Shown: positions 35,351 through 54,214, counted from the stretch's first letter. The stretch: DNA of 64,000 nt from Eledone cirrhosa (GCA_964016885.1 OZ024752.1:34782001-34846000); one strand, 5' to 3'. Numbers and translations: made by a program. The notes: a model not told the origin generated them from the sequence alone.

Positions 35351-38300
35351 CTACAGAACAATGTAGAGAGAAGGCCCATTTACACGGGCCATTCTCGCTT
35401 CTTTCACCCACCTTTCATAAAACTGTCTGGGACCAAGCACTTCTCTCTCCATCCTGATTCTTCTTCCGAAGTGGTATCGGAAGAAGTAAACCAGGTGATG
35501 GCCGGAGAGAAAGTCACCCGACCTCAGACCTTTCAGGCGCGTCCACCACACAACCTCTTTCATCATGGCTATTACGCACAGAAAGACCGCCTCTGCTTCA
35601 TTTCTGAAGGGAGGAGGCGGCTTGATGTTCACCACAGACTCGGCGGTTAATCGAATCGGCGCCACACGCGACAGCAGTCGTTCGACGTAGCCCCACAGAT
35701 CGGCAACGCCCGGGCAGTGTACCAGTGCATGCGCAACGGTTTCCTCGTCGCGCACGCATCTGGGACAGATCTTTTTCGCGGGATCCCTGCCCGGGCGCCC
35801 GTGTCTGTAGAGCTTTTCTCGAACGGGCAGAGCCCCCCGGTAACACTGCCAGGCTAGGGACCTCTGGAAGTTGTCCATGGGTCCCGGGCCGAAAGTTCTA
35901 CCGAACAGGCTGGCCAGTTCGTCCTCCTCCATGCCTAGCGACTCTCCAAGGGTGTCGTCGCCCCTGCTAGCCACCAACCCTCTATAGAATGTCGAGGTGG
36001 ATTCTCCACTGACAGTCGGGTCCGCTTGCCAGATAGCCGTGAGCGCCTGGGCACACTCAGTGTGCCAGTTGCCCAGTTTTCTCGGTCTTTGCTTCACCCA
36101 GGATTGCAGTTCGGTGAGCGAGACGAGCTGTGGGAAGGCTCGCCTCACAAACGGGGCCCACACCGGCTGACCGTTGAGGAATACCTGTAGATGCCGTAGC
36201 CTCAATGCGTGCCTACGCATCAACAGCCACGGCATACCCAGCCCTCCTTTCGAAGGGTGCTGGCAGCAGATGGATCTCCTCACCATGGGAGGCCGCTTCT
36301 TCCAGAGGAACTGGAAGAGCATGCGTTCCATGATGGTGAGCTTTTCCTTGGGGCAAGGCACGACGGTCAAGCGGTAGTAGATGACGGACGCTATGTAAGC
36401 GTTCGTCACCTCCGCCCGACCTTTCAGTGATAGTTTGCACTTGGCCCACTTCTGGGTCAGCGCAAACACCCTGCTCGTCACCTCGCCCCAATTCTTCTCC
36501 ACCTGGAGGTCCGGTCCGAACCAGACCCCGAGCAGCTTCACCGGGCCCTCCGTCCACCGCCCGACGACACCGTCTAACGGCATCGGTTTGCCCCTCCACG
36601 TTCCGAGTTGCAAACCGACTGACTTGTCCTGGTTCAGCTTAGCCCCCGTCAGCCTTTCGTATTCCTCCAGTAGGGTGGCGATCGCCCCGATTTCCGAGGC
36701 GTCCGCCACCATTACTGTTACGTTGTCGGCATAGGCCGAGACCGCTTTGTGCAATCCCGGTTCCAGGGGTATGCCCCGCAGCAACTCCAACTTCCGCAGC
36801 AGTGGCTCGAGAGTCAATACGTACAGAAGGGAGGAGAGGGGGCACCCCTGTCTGATGGATCGGGTGATTTGAAACGGCTCCGAGAGGTAGCCGTTTACTT
36901 TAATCCTAGAGTAGATGTTGCCACTGTGCATGGCAGAAATCCAGCCCCTGAAAACGGGTCCGAAGCCCGCCGCCGCTAGCACCGCATCCAGGTAACCATG
37001 GTCGACCCTATCGAACGCCTTAGATTGATCCAAGTTGATCAGGGCCCCACCAAAGCCGGGTTCGTAGCCAACCCTCTCTATGATGTATCGCATGAGGTGG
37101 AGGTTGTCGTGAATGGACCTGGACGGGATAGCGCATGTCTGCGCGTCTCCCACCAAACCACCCACCACAAGCGCCAACCTCTTCGCCAACACCTTGGCCA
37201 AAATCTGTAACTCTGCATTCAGCAGAGTTATGGGCCTAAAGTTACTTAAGTCGTCCCCCTTGCTCTCGTCCTTCCTCACTAGCGTGACCACGCCCTTGGT
37301 CACAGAACAGGGAATTCTCCCGTTCTGTTGCCAGTTGCAATAGACAGCCTCGAGGAGTTCGGAGAACAAGACCGGCATAGCTAAATAAAGTTCGTATGGT
37401 AGACCATCGAGACCCGGGGATTTGCGTCTGCTGCATTGGCTGAGCGCTTCCCCGATTTCAGTGGCTGTGATTGGCCCTTCGCAGCACTCCGCTTCGCCGC
37501 TCGAAAGACGCGGTAGACCGTCGAGGTATGGACCGAAGTCCACATCCCCGTCCGGCCCCCCGCCACCTCCGAACAGTCGAGCAAAGTGCCTTTGAAAGGT
37601 CTCGCACATTCGCTCAGGTTCAAGGATCACCCGTCCATCCTGGTCTCGCAAAGACCGAATGGTGGATTTAATCCCACTCTTGGCTTCTGTCACGCGGGCC
37701 CAGCTAACAGCTTTGGTCCCCTCGTTTCCTAAAGCACGTATTTTACTTCGGACAACGCAGCCTTCGTGCTTCGCGTCAAAGAACTGGCTCAATGCCGTTC
37801 TCGTCGCTAACACTCTGGCTACGTCTCCGCTCCTAATCGCCTCTTCTAGTTTATCTGTTAACTCCCTTTCCCTCCTATTTCTATTCGCCGCTAGTTCCTT
37901 ACTGTAACCTATCGAACTTACTCTAATCTCTCTCTTTAGAGATATCCACCACCTACTGTTGACGATCGCTCCCGTCAACCGCATCTTAACTAAGCTACTA
38001 ATCCGGTTTCTGTAATCTTTCTTTGTCGGTAAGGACAAGTTCATCTTCCAGTAACCGGGACCCTGTCTATGCGTTCTATCAAGGTTGACCACGCAGGTCA
38101 CTAATTTGTGATCTGAATAGCCAACCATGATCAGTTCTGGACAACTAAATACGTCCCTATCCTTACTCCTAACCAAAAACCTATCTAGGTACGATCTAGA
38201 TTGTCCACTGCGGTTTGCCCAGGTCCAGGTTGGCGCAGTTGGACAATCTAGTCGAAATCTATCGACCAGGTCGAATCGATCGAGTAACCCCTTGAGGCTG

Positions 38301-38787
38301 CTACACCCCCCTCTATCGGGACATGCCCCTGCATAGTCCCAACGCGCATCTAGGATTCCATTCCAGTCCCCCACTAAAAGCAGGGAACGCGACGTTCCTA
38401 GAAAAGTCTCCAGACGTTGGAAGAAGTCGGCTCTTTCCGCCCCGAAGGGAGCATAAAGACCGACCAGTCTGAAAGCCCCGCCTTCACCACCTCCGACGTC
38501 CAGCACCAGTAATCGACCCCCCGGGTCCGAGTGAACAATCTGTACGTCGAGAGTCAGACGTTTATCCAGCAGTACGGCAACTCCCCCCCTCCTCCGGGTT
38601 GACAGAGAGATGCGTGCATCTCAAAGTCATCGAAGGCGGGCGCCAGCTGTCTCACGCTGCTGATCCGACTCTCGCAAACAACCATCACATCTATACTTTG
38701 TGACCTGAGGTCACTTAGAAGCTTTGCTTGCTTCCAAGCTGAGCTCAGGCCACGCGCGTTCAAACAGCCAACTCTCAATTGATCTAT
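35351..38787 (-). pseudogene. ORF2 APE/RT, frameshifted, RT active site YADN
   Basis: The N-terminus (LRVGCLNARG..CESR) is in a different frame from the 1051-aa remainder, with the shift at the C run near 38583-38589. The presumptive start reads ATA, and YADD is changed to YADN. Confidence 0.9.
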
Positions 38788-40621
38788 TTTGGTGTTGAAA
38801 GTGAAGAAAGAAAAGCACTTACCTCTCCGGGTTGCGTAATTTCCATGGCATCAGGTGTGTTGGGTGGAGGGATGTTTTGTGGTGGTGTGGGGGTACACGT
38901 GTGTGGTGGGGTTGGGGTATTTGGAGTTGTGTCAGGGAGAGGGGCGGTTATGGGGAAATCTTTCAAGAGGACGCGATTCAACGGTTTTAAACAGGGGGGG
39001 CTCACGTCTCGTCTAAATTGTTCTTTTAAGGAACGATAAAGGTCCAGAGGGACCTTTATCATTTTTAAATGGGTGAAGTTCTCTGTTGAGATAAAGTTAG
39101 GCCCTTCGGTCTGCACCATAGGGTTATTGTTTATTAATTTAACCAGTTTTTTGTTTTCTTTATTTATATATGTGTATTGCAACGTCTTTTTTTGTGATGC
39201 TGTCAATGTTTCGGAGAGGGGAGGCGCAGATTTATTTTTGTTTGTTGAGGGTGGGGTGTTTTTGATTGGAGTTGGTGTTTGTGTGTGGGTTATTTGTGGT
39301 GTGCTGGGTGTGTGTTTTCTTTTTTTTCTTTTAACTTGTCTGAAGGCTTCTCCTCCTTCTTCTTCAGAAGTTGGGGGAAACTCTTCAGCGCTAGGTGGGA
39401 GGGACGTGTTGTGTGGTTGTTTTTTTTTGCGGGAGGGATAGATTTGTTACTGTTTTTTTTATTATTTGTTTGGAATGGGTTTTGTGGTGGTGGTGGTGGT
39501 GGTAATGTTTGTGTCGTGCTTGTGGTTGGTGATGGTGGTGGTGATGTTTGTGTTGTGGTTGGTGGTGGTGATTTTTGTGTCGTGCTTGTGTTTGGTGCTG
39601 GTGGTGGTGATGTTTGTGTTGTGTTTGTGGTTGGTGATGTCTGTATTTTGTTTGCTGTGTGTGGTATTAGTGTATTTTTGGAGGTGGGTGGTGCTGGTGT
39701 ACTGTTTGTGGTGGGTGTGGGCAATAGTCCTTTTTGGGGGATACGTTTCGGGCAGTTAGCCTTAACGTGTCCCCTTTCCATGCATAAATAGCATGCTGGT
39801 CTTCTCCCCTCTACAATTATGTCTATTGGGGTAAGGTCATCCAGCCAGATGCGATCCGGGATTTGTGCTATTCTTTCGGGCCTCATTTGGACTAGTATGT
39901 CGAGGCCCATTCCCAGGAACGCATCTCCAGTTGCCTTCCCCATTGACAGCATAGTGTCTTCGCCCATATCAATGAAGCCAGCAATAGCCCACCAGAAGTC
40001 CATTGTGGGCAGCATTGTTTTTACTTTTACTCTCTGTGTTCTTCTACCCATGTAGGAGGGATAGAAGCTATATGTTGTCGACGAGAGTGGGCTTAGGGAA
40101 AGCTTCTCCGCTGTTTCTTTGTCTCTTGTTAGGACCGAAATGCTGCCATAGAGTCGGTCCTTTCGTATGAAGAGAATATTCTTCATATAGTCTTTTAGGA
40201 CTAACTCTATTTCCATTTGGCTGGGCTGTGCTGGCTTTCTTGTCTGGTTCAGTATAGTTCTGTATATAACTGTGTTTTCTGCTCTGGCTTTCTTGAATTC
40301 TGGGGGGGAGTTAATGGAAAACATTCCGTTCTCCCCCAAAACAATATGTTTCTTTGCTTCGGCCAGTTTTTCTCTGGCGGCAGTTAGGTCAATTGGTGTG
40401 TATGTAATGGATTGCTTTGTTTTCTGGGCGAAAGTTGCCCTGTCGTTATTTGTATTATTTTCTGTTTGTTTGTTTTCTGTTTGCTCATTTTCCTTAACAT
40501 TTGTTTTTTCATTTTGTTTGTTTGTTTCAATGTCTAATTTTGTTGTAATTATTTTTTGTTCTTCAGACTTGGGGGGCGTGGCAGAGCTAATGGCAGACAT
40601 GTCTGCCATCTTTTCCGCCAT
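38784..40621 (-). pseudogene. ORF1 gag-like, frameshifted near 39420-39460
   Basis: MAEK start, TFAQ motif and CCHC CYLCMERGHVKANC. The C-terminal domain homologous to A/B continues in another frame after poly-T runs. Confidence 0.85.
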
Positions 40622-40832
40622 GCTGCCAAGAAAGAAATTTTTCGGCAAAAGAGATATTTAAAGGGGGTAAATGCAAAAATGTTTCCCTAAATAACAGGGG
40701 TTAGTGTTCCAAATGTGTTGCACTAAAAAATTTATCCGGTACTTACAATAGTAAGGGTAAATCCCGATGGAATAGCGGAGCCGATGCGAAGCGTGTCTTA
40801 CTCTATCAAGATAGATAGATAGATAGATAGAT

Positions 40833-41446
40833 ATGTTTCTTTATTAGCCACAGGGGCACAAAAGAAGGGGATAAATACAAAGGGGGAAGTTTACATACAA
40901 TAAAAACGTGTAAAATATTATCACAAATGCAATTTAAAGATTAGTCGATTTTCCCCAATAGGGGGAGACAGTTCATATGGGTAACACATACCCCCGAGAA
41001 AATGTGCAACCCTCATCTCCAGGAGTACGAAGAGTTTGTACTCCTTTCCTCTCCTCCTCCTTTTCCTCAACCTACAGGCTGATATAGAGAGAAGGCCCAT
41101 TCACTCGGGCTATTCTCGCCACTTTCACCCACCTTTCATAAAACTTGCTGGGGTACAGCACCTCTCTCTCCATCCTGATTCTTCTTCCAAAGTGGTATTT
41201 GAAAAAAAAAAAGAATCTGTTGTTGGCCGGAGAGAAAGGTGTCTGACCTCAGCCCTTTCAACCTTGTCCACCATACAACCTCTTTCGCCATAGCTATCAC
41301 ACAAAGGAAAACCGCCTCTCCTTCGTTTTTGAAGGAGGGTGGCGGTTTGATCATGACAATGGACTCGGTGGTCAACCGGATTGGTCCCACCCGCGACAAT
41401 AGTCGTTCTACATAGCCCTACAGGTCGGTGACGCCCGGACAGTGTA
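40833..41446 (-). mobile_element. 5'-truncated Tx1 copy D (ORF2 C-terminus + 3'UTR), in (GATA)n
   Basis: Encodes LSRVGPIRLTTESIV..WWTRLKGLRSD. It is tandem with element C and has GATA repeats on both sides. Confidence 0.9.
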
Positions 41447-41574
41447 TAGATAGATATCTGTTTGGAAGCCATCGTCCAATAGACAAGATCTATAATTCAG
41501 ATCTTGACCAAATATCTTCGATTATAACATGGGATTGACCAAATGACTTGATAGTGGAATATGGTAGACGGAAA

Positions 41575-46941
<5,367 letters not shown>

Positions 46942-49235
46942 ATATAGAATTCACAAGAATCAAAGCTATGTTCAAAGCATTTATTAACTTACAATTGTTT
47001 CATCCAAACCTAGGCTTGGTGTCTTCGGAGCATTTTTCAATGTTTGTACACATGATTGACCTCCTTTCCAACGCAAGAGACATACAGATACATATGTATA
47101 TATTGATGTACAGTGGAGTGACATATATTATATTATATTACTTCCGTATAGCAATTCACATTCAAAGTCAAGATCAATATCAAAATTACAACAAAAGTAA
47201 AATTAAAACAAAATTAAAATACATTTGGCAGTTAACATAGATAATGCAAGAGGATAGTTTGTTAGTCAGATGTAGTAGGTATTGTTTGCGTTAGTTATGT
47301 GTGTCTCATTTATATATGATTATTGTGTGGCAGGGTGTTACATGTAATACAAGCACTTTATGTGGGTAAGCAACAGTATTATGGAGGTTGCAGTGGTAAG
47401 GTATTTTTTGTATATGATAAAAAAGTATGTGCGCAGAAAAATAGAAATAGAAAGGAGAAGCAAAAGAGAGTTATGGTTTTCGTATCCACCACCATTTTCA
47501 CATTCAGGAAATGTAAACATTGGATATATATAGGATTACACCTCAAGGGCACACCTTACACCACAACTCCACACTCTCTAATCCACCCTATCTCAACACA
47601 AATCATTCCATCTGTCTATATCTTTATACCCTAGAAATATCCCCATGAGCACCTACTTCTGGGGTAATTACTTTCAACTGCTCATAATTATATAGTAGTT
47701 GAGGGTGGTTATACTAGGGGTGGGTGTTCATGGGGTACCACTTATAATTATGCAATACAGTCTATGTAAGCTTTAAACACCAGATTCGACAATGAATTAC
47801 TTATGCAAATGTATTGTATGTATGGAGTGATAACATTGGATATATATAAGATTAATTTATTAACATAAGAGATCTGTATAACCTATATGTTGAGTGCAAT
47901 GAATTGTGTATGAATGGGAAGTGAGTTATATATGCAAATACAACTTGATGGATACATTAATGACATTGTAAATGGGGGATGTTTTTGTCTGTCATAGAGA
48001 TGTATTTGGATTTGCCATGCAGACAGCCATACGCTGCTCCAGAACTTACCAGGGGTTATGTAGACATAGTACTAATAGGTCCTCTGACATGCTCTGTGAG
48101 TAGACTACATTCGCAAGGAACTTTTATATAAAGATGTGGCTCTTTGTATGGAATATCCAGTTGTAGCACTCTATGATAGGGAGTAATCATCCTAATATAA
48201 ATACCTTTAGTACATCATGATAGAGTAGACTGTGTTTAAATTGGAAACTTGATATAAATATATAACCGTCTATAGAAGGGACTCAATTGAGACACCTTAT
48301 AATGTATGTTAGAACAATAATTTAGTTATGAAAATCAGCTAGTTACCTCCCCTTACGCATTAACCCCCCTTAATTACACACATACTTCCGGATAATAAAC
48401 CGATGTAAATTTTCGCAACAGAAACAACCTACCCTATAAAATTGGATAAAAGAACACTGAGCCGCAATAAGCTAAAATAATTTAATTTAATGCATCAAAC
48501 ATCCAATACGGAATCATCGTTAATTATGTGATGGATGTATAAACTATATAAACTATATATTACATTTTCTGAATGTGAAAATGGTGGTGGATACGAAAAC
48601 CATAACTCTCTTTTGCTTCTCCTTTCTATTTCTATTTTTCTGCGCACATACTTTTTTATCATATACAAAAAATACCTTACCATTGCAACCTCCATAATAC
48701 TCTTGCTTACCCACATAAAGTGCTTGTATTACATGTAACACCCTGCCACACAATAATCATATATAAATGAGACACACATAACTAACGCAAACAATACCTA
48801 CTACATCTGACTAACAAACTATCGTCTTGCATTATCTATGTTAACTGCCGAATGTATTTTAATTTTGTTTTCATTTTAATTTTGTTGTAATTTTGATATT
48901 GATCTTGACTTTGAATTTGAATTGCTATACGGAAGTAATATAATATAATATATGTCACTCCACTGTACATCAATATATACATATGTATCTGTATGTCTCT
49001 TGCGTTGGAAAGGAGGTCAATCATGTGTACAAACATTTAAAAATGCTCCGAAGACAGCAAGCCTAGGTTTGGATGAAACAATTGTAAGTTAATAAATGCT
49101 TTGAACATAGCTTTGATTCTTGTGAATTCTATATAACTGCTCTGTAGAACAACTGATGTTATTACATTGAGCTTTTTATCTTACTGGTAATAAGGTAGTA
49201 ATAAATTACTGACCTTCACTGTTTAGGCTTGAAAA
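46942..49235. mobile_element. Large fold-back Penelope-like insert, family F
   Basis: Inverted arms of about 575 bp (46942-47516 / 48560-49134), a spacer of about 1.04 kb, a tail of about 100 bp containing TTGAGCTT, and a hammerhead in each arm. Confidence 0.72.
49044..49090 (+). ncRNA. Type I hammerhead variant (mirror on minus strand, 46986-47032)
   Basis: GCT-CCGAAGA-..CAAGC ctag GTTTG..-GAAA-CAATTG-TA-AGT. It has a U4C core variant, a palindromic loop 3 and a GUA site. Stem I is short. Confidence 0.62.
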
Positions 49236-49529
49236 TATATATAACTATAAAAAGTTTTAGTATATACATAACCATAAATAGTATCCTTAATATTATATAT
49301 ACATATATATATATGCATATATATATATATACATATATATATATGTATATATATATATTTATATACATATATACATATTATTTTTGTGTCTTTACTGGGT
49401 CTTTTTTCTGTTTCTCCATTGTGATCCTGTCTCTATTTGTAAGCCCGACACGTCAAACTTCCGTTCCTCTTTCCAATATAAAGCGTGAAACTAATAAGAC
49501 TTTTTGTATCTCTGTTTGTTGTCTCCTTG

Positions 49530-49625
<96 letters not shown>

Positions 49626-49627
<2 letters not shown>

Positions 49628-49917
49628 CGATATTAACAAATGGAAACTATATTTATAAAACCATATTTATTTCATTATACATATTTCAAGGACACCAAGT
49701 TAAATTATGGTGTGCTTTTATCAGATAAAATATAATATAGATCAGTTTTATAAATAAATATTGACATACCCTTAAAAAATGCAACCATTGCTGTTGGAAG
49801 CTCCCGGATTGTGGAGTTGTAGCTTTAATTATATTATTATTAGTATTGGATATTTTTCTTTTTAAAATAAGCCGTTGGGTTACGGAGAAAGAGAAAGATA
49901 AAGAAGGAGAGAGAGAG

Positions 49918-49984
<67 letters not shown>

Positions 49985-50074
49985 AAACAACAGAGAGAGA
50001 AAGATATATAGAGAGAGAGGAGACAGAGAGAAGGGGAGAGAACGAAAAACTCTAAGTCATATCTTGTTGAGTTA

Positions 50075-50080
<6 letters not shown>
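49626..50080 (-). mobile_element. Family D diverged tailless arm with hammerhead (49668-49733, core CTGATAA)
   Basis: Stem II AAGcACACCA/TGGTGTcCTT shows two compensatory pair changes relative to other D copies. Confidence 0.68.
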
Positions 50081-50120
<40 letters not shown>

Positions 50121-50123
<3 letters not shown>

Positions 50124-50434
50124 GATATTAAACAAATGGAAACTATATTTATAAAACCATATCTATTTCATTATACATATTTCGGGGATACCATATTAAA
50201 AATATGGCATGCCTTCTTCAGATAAAATACAATATATAAGCAGTTTTATAAATAATTTTGACGTACCATAAATATGGTATCCCCGAAATATGTATAATGA
50301 AATAGATATGGTTTTATAAATATAGTTTCCATTTGTTTAATATCGTATATCTACTCCAAAACTTGTTGAGTGCTTTATATCAGTTATAAAATATTTACTT
50401 GTTGTAACCCAACAATTTTAAATAAAACTTTTGC
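50121..50434. mobile_element. Fold-back family D insert with hammerhead (minus 50164-50229, CTGAAGA)
   Basis: 50121-50200 is inverted at 50271-50350. The tail has TTGAGTGC at 50366. Confidence 0.75.
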
Positions 50435-50519
50435 ATATATATGTATGTATATATGATAGCTTCAATTTCCTGTTTTTTACTTTGTAGCCTCGTCCTATAT
50501 ACTGTCTTCATTGAAGAAA

Positions 50520-50720
50520 ATCTGTGGTGTGATTGGTGGAAATGCTAGAGCGAGAAATTACGTCAGTTGCTCTATTTAATTATAGCCATTTAATTATATT
50601 CCTAGTTTCAATACATGGAAGTCAACTTTGCCTTTCATCCTTCCGAGGTCGATAAAATAAAGTACCAGTAAAGGGCCAGTGGTTGATATAATTGACTTTA
50701 TCCTAACTCTCCCAACTATG
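50520..50720 (+). mobile_element. Degenerate Nin-domain SINE
   Basis: CTTTGCCTTTCATCCTTCCGAGGTCGATAAAATAAAGTACC at about 50626-50666. Confidence 0.7.
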
Positions 50721-51094
50721 GTTTAAATAGCTTTACCAATACGCAATTGGCCAAACGTGGTGAGTACGACTACACCTCTGAAGATATGACCAAAAACCAA
50801 ACAGAAAGCGGTGGAGGCCAACCAGCGAGGGCTTCCTCCAACAGGAGTGAGAAGGTCCTGGGTTAGATTGGATGTAGTTCAACCTGGGAGGGGTTCCTCG
50901 AACAAGAGTGAGAAGACCCTGGATTGGATTGGATTGGATTGTATCCTTCTCTTCCCTCAAATGTTTCGCCGTGTACCTGTATTACAAATAATGTATTCAC
51001 TAAAATGAAGCAACTTTACGTACACAGTATGTGATAAATACGTCCTCATATGCTGGCAAAAGAACCAGGGTATTTCTGGTAACAGAGTCTAGAG

Positions 51095-51384
51095 CAGTCA
51101 TGGGCAACCTGCGGCCCGCGGAGCTTTCTGAATGGCTCGCCTAAGTCACCTAAGTGAAATCTTTCTGATTTTTTTACCCCAACTTTTCAGTCGTAATTTA
51201 TCTTTCTATCATGTTTACGATCGAGGAAAACAACGTGTACGAATTCTGAAGAAACAAATCAAAACAACCTGAGTTACCGCCCTTTTTTTAATGTGGCCAC
51301 GAAAGTAAATTAGCGCTTGCGGCTCGCCTGATGATGAGCCATATCTCATGCGGCCTGCTTCTCGAAAAAGGTTGCCAATGCCCG
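51095..51384. mobile_element. hAT (Charlie-like) MITE
   Basis: TIRs CAGTCATGGGCAACCT / AGGTTGCCAATGCCCG, a perfect 8-bp TSD GTCTAGAG (51087-51094, 51385-51392), and subterminal GCGGC(C/T)CGC repeats. Confidence 0.88.
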
Positions 51385-52199
51385 GTCTAGAGGTCTGACG
51401 ATTGAATTTGTTGTTAAGGTGATATAATCTTTGATGTATTTGGTGCTAATAAAACTCATACCAACAACATCATTCTTGAAAAGAGACTGATATTTGCCAG
51501 TATTGCAAGAATCATTACAAATTACCTGAAACAGTTCACTTTGAAATATCTGTGGTAAGCTAACAGCATCCTAGGACCCCAGATTTATCAGTTCACTTCG
51601 TCTCCCTTTCACTTCTTGGGCGCCAAAATATAGATAGATATGGGCGCCATTGACTCTGTATGTAACTACAAGCATTCGATTGAGTACATTCGTTTGTGGT
51701 ATGGAGACACGGCTCGAACATGACAGAGAACAATTTAAGTTAGCAAGTTGATGTCTATCAGTGAAGCAGTGTTCAATTAACAACAGGCGTTTCCCTTTTT
51801 ATTTCATACACCCACCACCCACAGTTTCTTCAACAGTCTTTTGTATAGGACAGGGTCAAAAGTTTCAGTTTAAATACAAGTAAATTACATCAACTGGAAC
51901 GCCTTAATCTAGACATTTAGTCCTTCAGTCGAGTACAATCAGAGGTTTGTTGCACATGAATGACCAGTAATGAGCTCATGCTGGCAATTGTATTGTTAAT
52001 ATATCAATGTCATAGAAGTAGTACTTCATCAACTCGTTCCGTATGAATGAATGAAAAAAAAATCTTATTCAGAATATTGCTTATTACATGAAACCTAAAT
52101 AATTTATGAGAACTTGTGATGTTCATGCCTTCCCGAAGAAGCGCAACCGAGATCAAAAATAGATACAAATAGGAAGTTTACTTCAGAGCATTCTACACA

Positions 52200-52410
52200 A
52201 ATTGGCAGTATCGGTAGAGAATCGGACACCATGCTTTGCAGCATAGAGTTACGGTCCTTTACAGTCTGAGTTCAAATCCCGCCGAGGTTAACTTTGCCTT
52301 TCATCCTTACGGGGTCAATAAAATAAAGCACCAATAACGCACTGGGGTCGATTTAATCGATTTTCCCCTCCCCCAAATTACTGGTCTTGTGCCTATACTA
52401 GAAACTATTT
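52200..52410 (+). mobile_element. Nin-domain SINE
   Basis: TTGGCAGTATCGGTAGAG head, GAGTTCAAATCCC B-box and Nin domain. Confidence 0.85.
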
Positions 52411-52633
52411 TTTCTATTTAGCCTCCTGTATCTCCTATGAATTTTTTTCGGGTAGCATATGATGAAATACCTTCTTAATACTCAAAATCCTATATCGTCC
52501 ACCAAAATTTCCAATCACCCACCAGTTGAAATCGCTCAGATTGGAAAACCTTGTTCTAGAAGAACGGAACATTCTCGTATTTCTCCTTCAGAAGTTATGT
52601 TTATGGTGGTTGTTGATGACTTTAAGACATCAT

Positions 52634-52826
52634 AATTGTTTCTACTTTTGGCACAAGGCCAGCAATTCCCCAGTGTATTACTGGTACCTTATTTTATCGA
52701 CCCCGTAAGGATGAAAGGCAAAGTTAACCTCGGCGGGATTTGAACTCAGAATGGCAAGGGCCGTATATCTATGCGTCAAAGCATGGCGTCCGACCCTCTA
52801 CCGATACTGCCAATTCACCGCCCTTT
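52634..52826 (-). mobile_element. Nin-domain SINE
   Basis: Homologous to 1988-2178. Confidence 0.85.
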
Positions 52827-53164
52827 AAGGTATCATAATGGCTGCAGCATTTAAAACAGAAAGTATTGAATAAATGAAAAGTTTAACACGTACGCGTTCT
52901 TTTATACATGATGGCTGCAAACTCTACTAAGAGTATTGCAATCGCTTGTCAGATTATAGAGTTTGGTGCACTTTTAGGCTACGGCCAGCCACACGAACCT
53001 GTAATACATCCTCAACAAGCAATACCTGTGCTTTGAAGGGGTTTTTTAAGTGGAAAAAGGCCTTGCATTCGACCAATCCCACTCACTGAGCATCGAAAAC
53101 ACTAGCCGAAAAGGAGAACTGGTCAACATCATCAGATGCTTCTGAAGCCGCAAGTTTTTTTTTC

Positions 53165-53428
53165 AGCGTTTCCTTCTCCTAGAAAGGTGTTGTGACAACA
53201 ACTGGGGGCCTTTCACTCCCAGGTGAAAAAAAAAGTACTATTTGGATGGCCGTTGACTCGGTTGAGCTCCTCCGTCCTTTGCCGGGTCTTGTATGTCATC
53301 CTGCAGGATGTCCAAATATCACCCTCCTCACCAATCTAGCTTGGTGGGGTTGCCGATTTAGTGGCCGGCGACCCGACCATGAGACAGGTTATACTAGGTT
53401 ACCAGTAGCCTTCGTGAGCGACCCGAAA
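53165..53428. repeat. Dispersed repeat abutting (CATA)n, copy 1
   Basis: TTTCCTTCTCCTAGA...CACCCTCCTCACCAA..TTGGTGGGGTTGCC..GACCCGACC is shared with 54215-54470 and 58795-58942. Confidence 0.75.
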
Positions 53429-54214
53429 TACATACATATATACATACATAAATACATACATATATACATATATACATAGATAGAAACATACATATATACA
53501 TACATGCATGCATGCATACATACTTACATACATACATAAATACATACATATATACATACATCATAGAATATACATACATATATACATAAGTGCATGCATA
53601 CATACTTACTTACATACATACATACATATATACATACATCATAGATAGAAACATACATATATACATACATGCATACATACATACTTACATACATACATAA
53701 ATACATACATATATACATACATCATAGATAGAAACATACATATATACATACATGCATGCATGCATACATACTTACATACATAAATGCATACATACATACA
53801 TACATACATCATAGAATATACATACATATATACATACATCATAGAATATATATACATAGAATATGGTGGCTACCAACTCGTTTTCGAGTACGGCCACTAC
53901 TTTATATCCATGTAGGAGAACCCCTACCGATGCGCTGAACGAGTGTGACTTTTTAGTCCAGCCAGCGACTTAAAACTCTGGTACAAACACTACACTTGTG
54001 ACACTTATTGACACATAGTGCTGGGCCCATGGTACCATGTGACGACAAGTGCAGAGAGATCTCCAGATATAAAGCAATGCCTGTGCCGTGAAGCTTTTAT
54101 AGTGGGCAAAGGCACTGCACAAAGCCGGTCCCACTCTCTTAACCAAGATAATATTTACCAAAAAGAAGAACAAGTCAACATCATTGGATACCATCAGGGT
54201 TGCAGGTGTTATAT

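Larger units (their letters stand above)
35119..40809 (-). mobile_element. Full-length but disrupted Tx1-clade retrotransposon C, in (GATA)n
   Basis: Flanked on both sides by (AGAT)n. ORF1 and ORF2 are homologous to A/B. Confidence 0.92.

Noticed and set aside
51390-52070. Possible decayed RTE RT fragment (FHFLGAKI)
   Set aside because: Only weak motif echoes across many stops and frameshifts; needs an HMM search.
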